Shown one piece after another: positions 59,763 to 64,000 of a stretch of DNA of 64,000 nt. The notes under the pieces are model-generated. The model did not search any database. It saw only the letters and a list, made by a program, of their open reading frames with translations, and was not told where the DNA came from. This DNA comes from Eledone cirrhosa (taxonomy: Eukaryota), in the NCBI GenBank assembly GCA_964016885.1, contig OZ024740.1:46996001-47060000 (forward strand), in the 5' to 3' direction. The first letter of the stretch is position 1; the number at the start of each line of letters is the position of its first letter. The translations under genes were made by a program, and so were the position numbers.

Positions 59763-60089
59763 TTATAATGAAATGGCAGGAGGCTGGACTTGTGTAAATC
59801 ATTGAAAGGTTTATTATACTATGATCATTTCAATGACCGGGTTCCGTATGAATCCGGTGATATCTTCCACCTTTGCCGGTCGCCCTCGACCGGCAAAGGT
59901 GGAAGATGCTGGATGGCGGTCGTCCTCCGGTCTTTGATTTTCAGCCCCATGGATTTTATCTATTACATTCATTTATTATATTTCGAATACCTGATGATAT
60001 CACCGGATTCATACGAAACCCGGTCATTGAAATGATCATAGTATAATAAACCTTTCAAGGATTTACACAAGTCCAGCCTCCTGCCATTT

Positions 60090-60099
<10 letters not shown>
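59763..60099. mobile_element. PLE pLTR remnant: ~100-bp inverted arms, inner 21-bp hairpin and HHR (59981-60032, +)
   Basis: CTGATGA-TATCACCGGATTCATAC-GAAAC-CCG-GTC|ATTGAAA. Hairpin ATCTTCCACCTTTGCCGGTCG-CCCT-CGACCGGCAAAGGTGGAAGAT. Confidence 0.75.
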
Positions 60100-60130
<31 letters not shown>

Positions 60131-60465
60131 ATAATAATAAATGTGAAGACTAAAATCCAAAGAGGGCTCGATAAGGATAAATATATATCAAATATATAAC
60201 AACCCTAGAGCAAATAAATAAATATATATATAAGAAGAAGAAATCGAAAATGTAACTGGAGTCTTTTAAGAATATATATATACATATATATGGGAAATGA
60301 GATCTTTAATATATCTCATATAAAATAATACAGCCAATTATCCACACAATACAATATAGTTAGCACCCCAAACGTTTAATTGGGAATATACTCCGGTATT
60401 CCCTAATGTTTGTAGAGTGAGTTGGAAATTGGTCGGAGTATCGCTAATAGCTTTCTCCGTTTATG

Positions 60466-60516
<51 letters not shown>

Positions 60517-60551
60517 AAAAGAAATCGAAAATGCAACTAGAGTCTTTTTAA

Positions 60552-60589
<38 letters not shown>

Positions 60590-60823
60590 GGTTATGCACG
60601 AGTGCATTAATGTTTTCCAGGACACAGTGTTATGTACCGTGTAGTGGAATGTCAGCTTACAACAGAGTGGTGCTCAACGAAATGCAGAAAAAAGGTGTAT
60701 ATTCCAGTTTAGCTATATTCCGGGGCGTGTATAAAGAATTAAAAAGAACAGAAAGATGCAGTAAAAGAGATTTATTCGGTTCTTACGTGGGTTTCAATAG
60801 ACATCAATTTGTTCTTTTTAATT

Positions 60824-60907
<84 letters not shown>

Positions 60908-62139
60908 TACATATATATATGTATGTATACACATTTCTGTCATATGTAGAAAGTATCGCACTATTGAAACTTATTGTCGAGGCAGTAAGGTTTTGAAGGA
61001 CTATTTGAATTTAGGTACCAAAAGATTATCCATGATAAGGTGTGAGATGAGCGCTGCAAACTAAACATAACCTTGCATATTATATGAAGACTCGAGCTCT
61101 GTGGCGTGAACAGGTTATACTAAACTATTCAGAATGATTCTTCTTTTTCAAATGTACATCATCAGTAATGAGGAAGCGACCTTTAATTTTCTTCGCTCTT
61201 GTTATTGAATAGGCCAACTGAACATTTATATTTTTATCCCTAAAATCGCACAATGAAACGTACATAAATGTTTGACACTAAGTAAATTAATTAATTAGAT
61301 AGGATTCCAAAGGGCGTTTACTTGTTTTCTTTCTTCACATGAAATTTTTAACGGGAAACAGTTTTGCAACAGTATATTCTGAATAATGTGTTATTTCATG
61401 AAATGATTTTACCAGGCAGATTACAAATGGTGGTTTGTTAATTTCGATTGTAAATAGAGAACAAAGTGGAAGCTTCCTGTTCTTCTATGTCTATTCAAGT
61501 ATTGTTACTTCCTGCTTCGTCTAGAAATAGTTGGTGTTACATATGTAAAAAAATGAATTAAAAAATATGAGCATCTTGTCTGAACTACTACAGGGAAGAA
61601 GACAACTGTTAAAGTTTATATTAAGAAACTCACTAAAAATTGTGACTTCCGACTTGAGAGATAACACTTGAAACATTTTATTTACCGTTAACAGTTGGAG
61701 ATGGCATTAATACACTATCACATTTAGTAATTATACTGTGACACTATATTTATAGAAAATGCTTTATTTGGAATAGATAAAAAGAAAGATGAGTCAATAT
61801 CTTCATGACTCATATGGACTTTTGAGATTAAACGTCTTCAATATCTTGAAGAAGCTGCCACTTATTAAGATGCTTTCGTTATGGCAATAAACTGAGACGT
61901 TGTCTGTGTGAAACTAACCACGTAGCTTGAGGCAATCCAGCGAAGCTACACCAAGAGGATTGCGACGATGAAGGAGATAAGCTACTGGGAGAGATAATAA
62001 TTCCTGTTTTATTACAACATCCAAAATTGCTGTTGTGCTGTTGTTTAGTCGTTCCTGATCAAGTTAACCTATAATCAGAGGTGTTATAGTGTATCTAGGT
62101 CTTTGCTGCTACCACTAGCAGGTCGAGCGTTAGTTCAGA

Positions 62140-63670
62140 TAAGAAAATGTTGAAAAATGATGTAACGAGGAAGGTTAAACATTAAGTGGTAATTGATATT
62201 TTAGTAAAGAATTTAATTTAGCGCAAAATAAATGAACTAAACTTTTTTAATTTGAAAGTTTTTATTTTCATTTGCAATAAATGATTTATAGGAACTTTCT
62301 TCTTCCTCAGTTTGTTTGGCTTATGAATCTGGATTGCTTGTGGGAGCATAGCAGCTGAATCATGATCGAGCAGGTTTACGAATGGTTACACCATCCATTG
62401 AAGCTATCATCTAAGTTTGAAAAAACCATGCTTTGCCAATCGACGAACGTTTCACGTGTTCACCGATAGTCATTTATGATTAACTTTAAAAGCTATTAGA
62501 GTTTTCGTGAGTCCCTTACAAAAGTTGGATGCTCCATATCTAGTATTCCATGCTACCATCATGGGCAGCATTGGCAGTTTGTCTTTTAAGTAGTCAATAG
62601 TTAGTCGTGCTATTATGTCGAACTCAATTAAGTGTCTTAGTACGTCTCGATATTCAACCTTTTCGATTAAGCTTTATAAACCCAAATTCTTGTCAGAGAT
62701 GCTTGAAGTTGTGCCATTCATTTTAAGCTGTTAGTTCTGTTAGTTGCAGCGTATCCAAACCACTGAAGCGGTTTTGTTAATCAAGTTAGAAGTACATTGT
62801 GCTGTCACGGTATTATATGTCGGTGATCTCCTAGAAGGTTTGTTGGCCTTCATACGCGTACGAAGTTTAGTGAGTTGTTCTTACATCCATTTTGAATGCC
62901 ATAAGATCATCAATCACATATACAACAAATCTAGGAGATCGAACAAGGAAATATGATTGACTGGGAAGTTAATTTTTGAGTACTATGTGTCCAGGTGTTT
63001 TTCGAGGTGTTTAAACTGAATATTCGTTATCACTAATTCGTCTAAGCAATAAGGTTTATTAAACATTTTCTATTAGTTCAATGATTACTAACTGCGATTT
63101 ACCGAGGAACCGTTTATTGATAGAACGTCGTTTGCATGTGCGGACATTCCTGTCGCCTGCGAGGATAAAGCGATTGATAGAGGAGGTACTAGATGAGTTC
63201 ACTCTTGTAAAGGTCCTTCACACGATTACGACCGTCTACGGTTGATGCATAGACTGATATGATGGAAATGCTATATAAAGGGCCCTTTGAACGAACTCGA
63301 GCTGCGATATTAGCTCCCATTATAACAAAGATGCATTATGCCTCTCACCAAGGACATAGGCCACACCAAGTCGACAAGACTTGTCATTAACATCACTTTG
63401 ATAAAGTGGAACCTAGCCTAGGACTGGAGAATCTTGACGGGTTTATAAACAGATTTAGTTTAAATTCCGAGAGATGAGCAATATATAAATTATACTGATG
63501 TAACGTACGCATACTTAGGGCTTTTATTTCCAGAGTTTTCAGAGTTCGTAGAACTTGTAGTTTATCTTCCGAATGTTCCACTTGCCCCTCCTCTCTGAGA
63601 GCAATCGCATCCGCTCCCACGGACTCCGTAGCATTAATTCGATTCTGTATTGAGTATGAATTCATAATGG
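62140..63670 (-). mobile_element. Decayed 5' part of a LINE ORF (AP endonuclease region)
   Basis: LEIKALSMRTL resembles the APE N-terminal motif (LNVRTL). Further weak APE-like remnants and many stops. Confidence 0.45.
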
Positions 63671-64000
63671 AATTTCGTACTTTGGGATAATGTGATATGT
63701 AGCAACCCGGCCTGCTGTTGAATGTCGACAGTTGTAATAGTAGTACTGTCCAAAGGCACTGGTGAATATCGAGACAAAAAACTTAAATAAAATTGATAAA
63801 ACAAACAATAGTAAATATGATGTATGAAGTATATAACTTAAAAGCGACGGGAGATGATAGTTAATTAAAATAGAATTTATATTAAATAGTCAATAAAATG
63901 GAATGGGAGAATAAACTATTCTAAAATGATCTAAAAATATTGAAATTATAATGAAATGTACTAACAGAAAAGGGTATCTGTTAAAGTATTAAATTAAGGA

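Noticed and set aside
63665-63790. HDV-like ribozyme at the 5' end of the LINE fragment (also considered at 39300-39600)
   Set aside because: The nested double pseudoknot could not be assembled by eye. It needs a descriptor search.

Overview
AT-rich, microsatellite-dense eukaryotic DNA. The repeat content looks like an octopod/coleoid cephalopod (inference). No convincing host protein-coding gene is present, and nearly all long ORFs in the track are translated (TA)n/(TG)n/(GA)n tracts. The window is a graveyard of retroelements: Penelope-like elements (PLEs; RT and GIY-YIG fragments of at least two clades), RTE-, CR1-, R4/Dong- and CRE-like LINE fragments, about 15 copies of a tRNA-derived SINE, three hAT MITEs and two non-autonomous Helitrons. 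The main unannotated signal is about 25 type-I hammerhead ribozyme (HHR) motifs from about 12 sequence families, almost all in PLE terminal repeats (pLTRs) inserted into (TA)n. They include a fixed U4A core family, U3-A8 and U4C core variants, very long stem II insertions, and a 446-nt tandem HHR unit resembling a retrozyme. Many fold-back palindromes have breakpoints on the ribozyme itself (stem II, core or cleavage site). All structures were read by eye, so coordinates may be off by a few bases.
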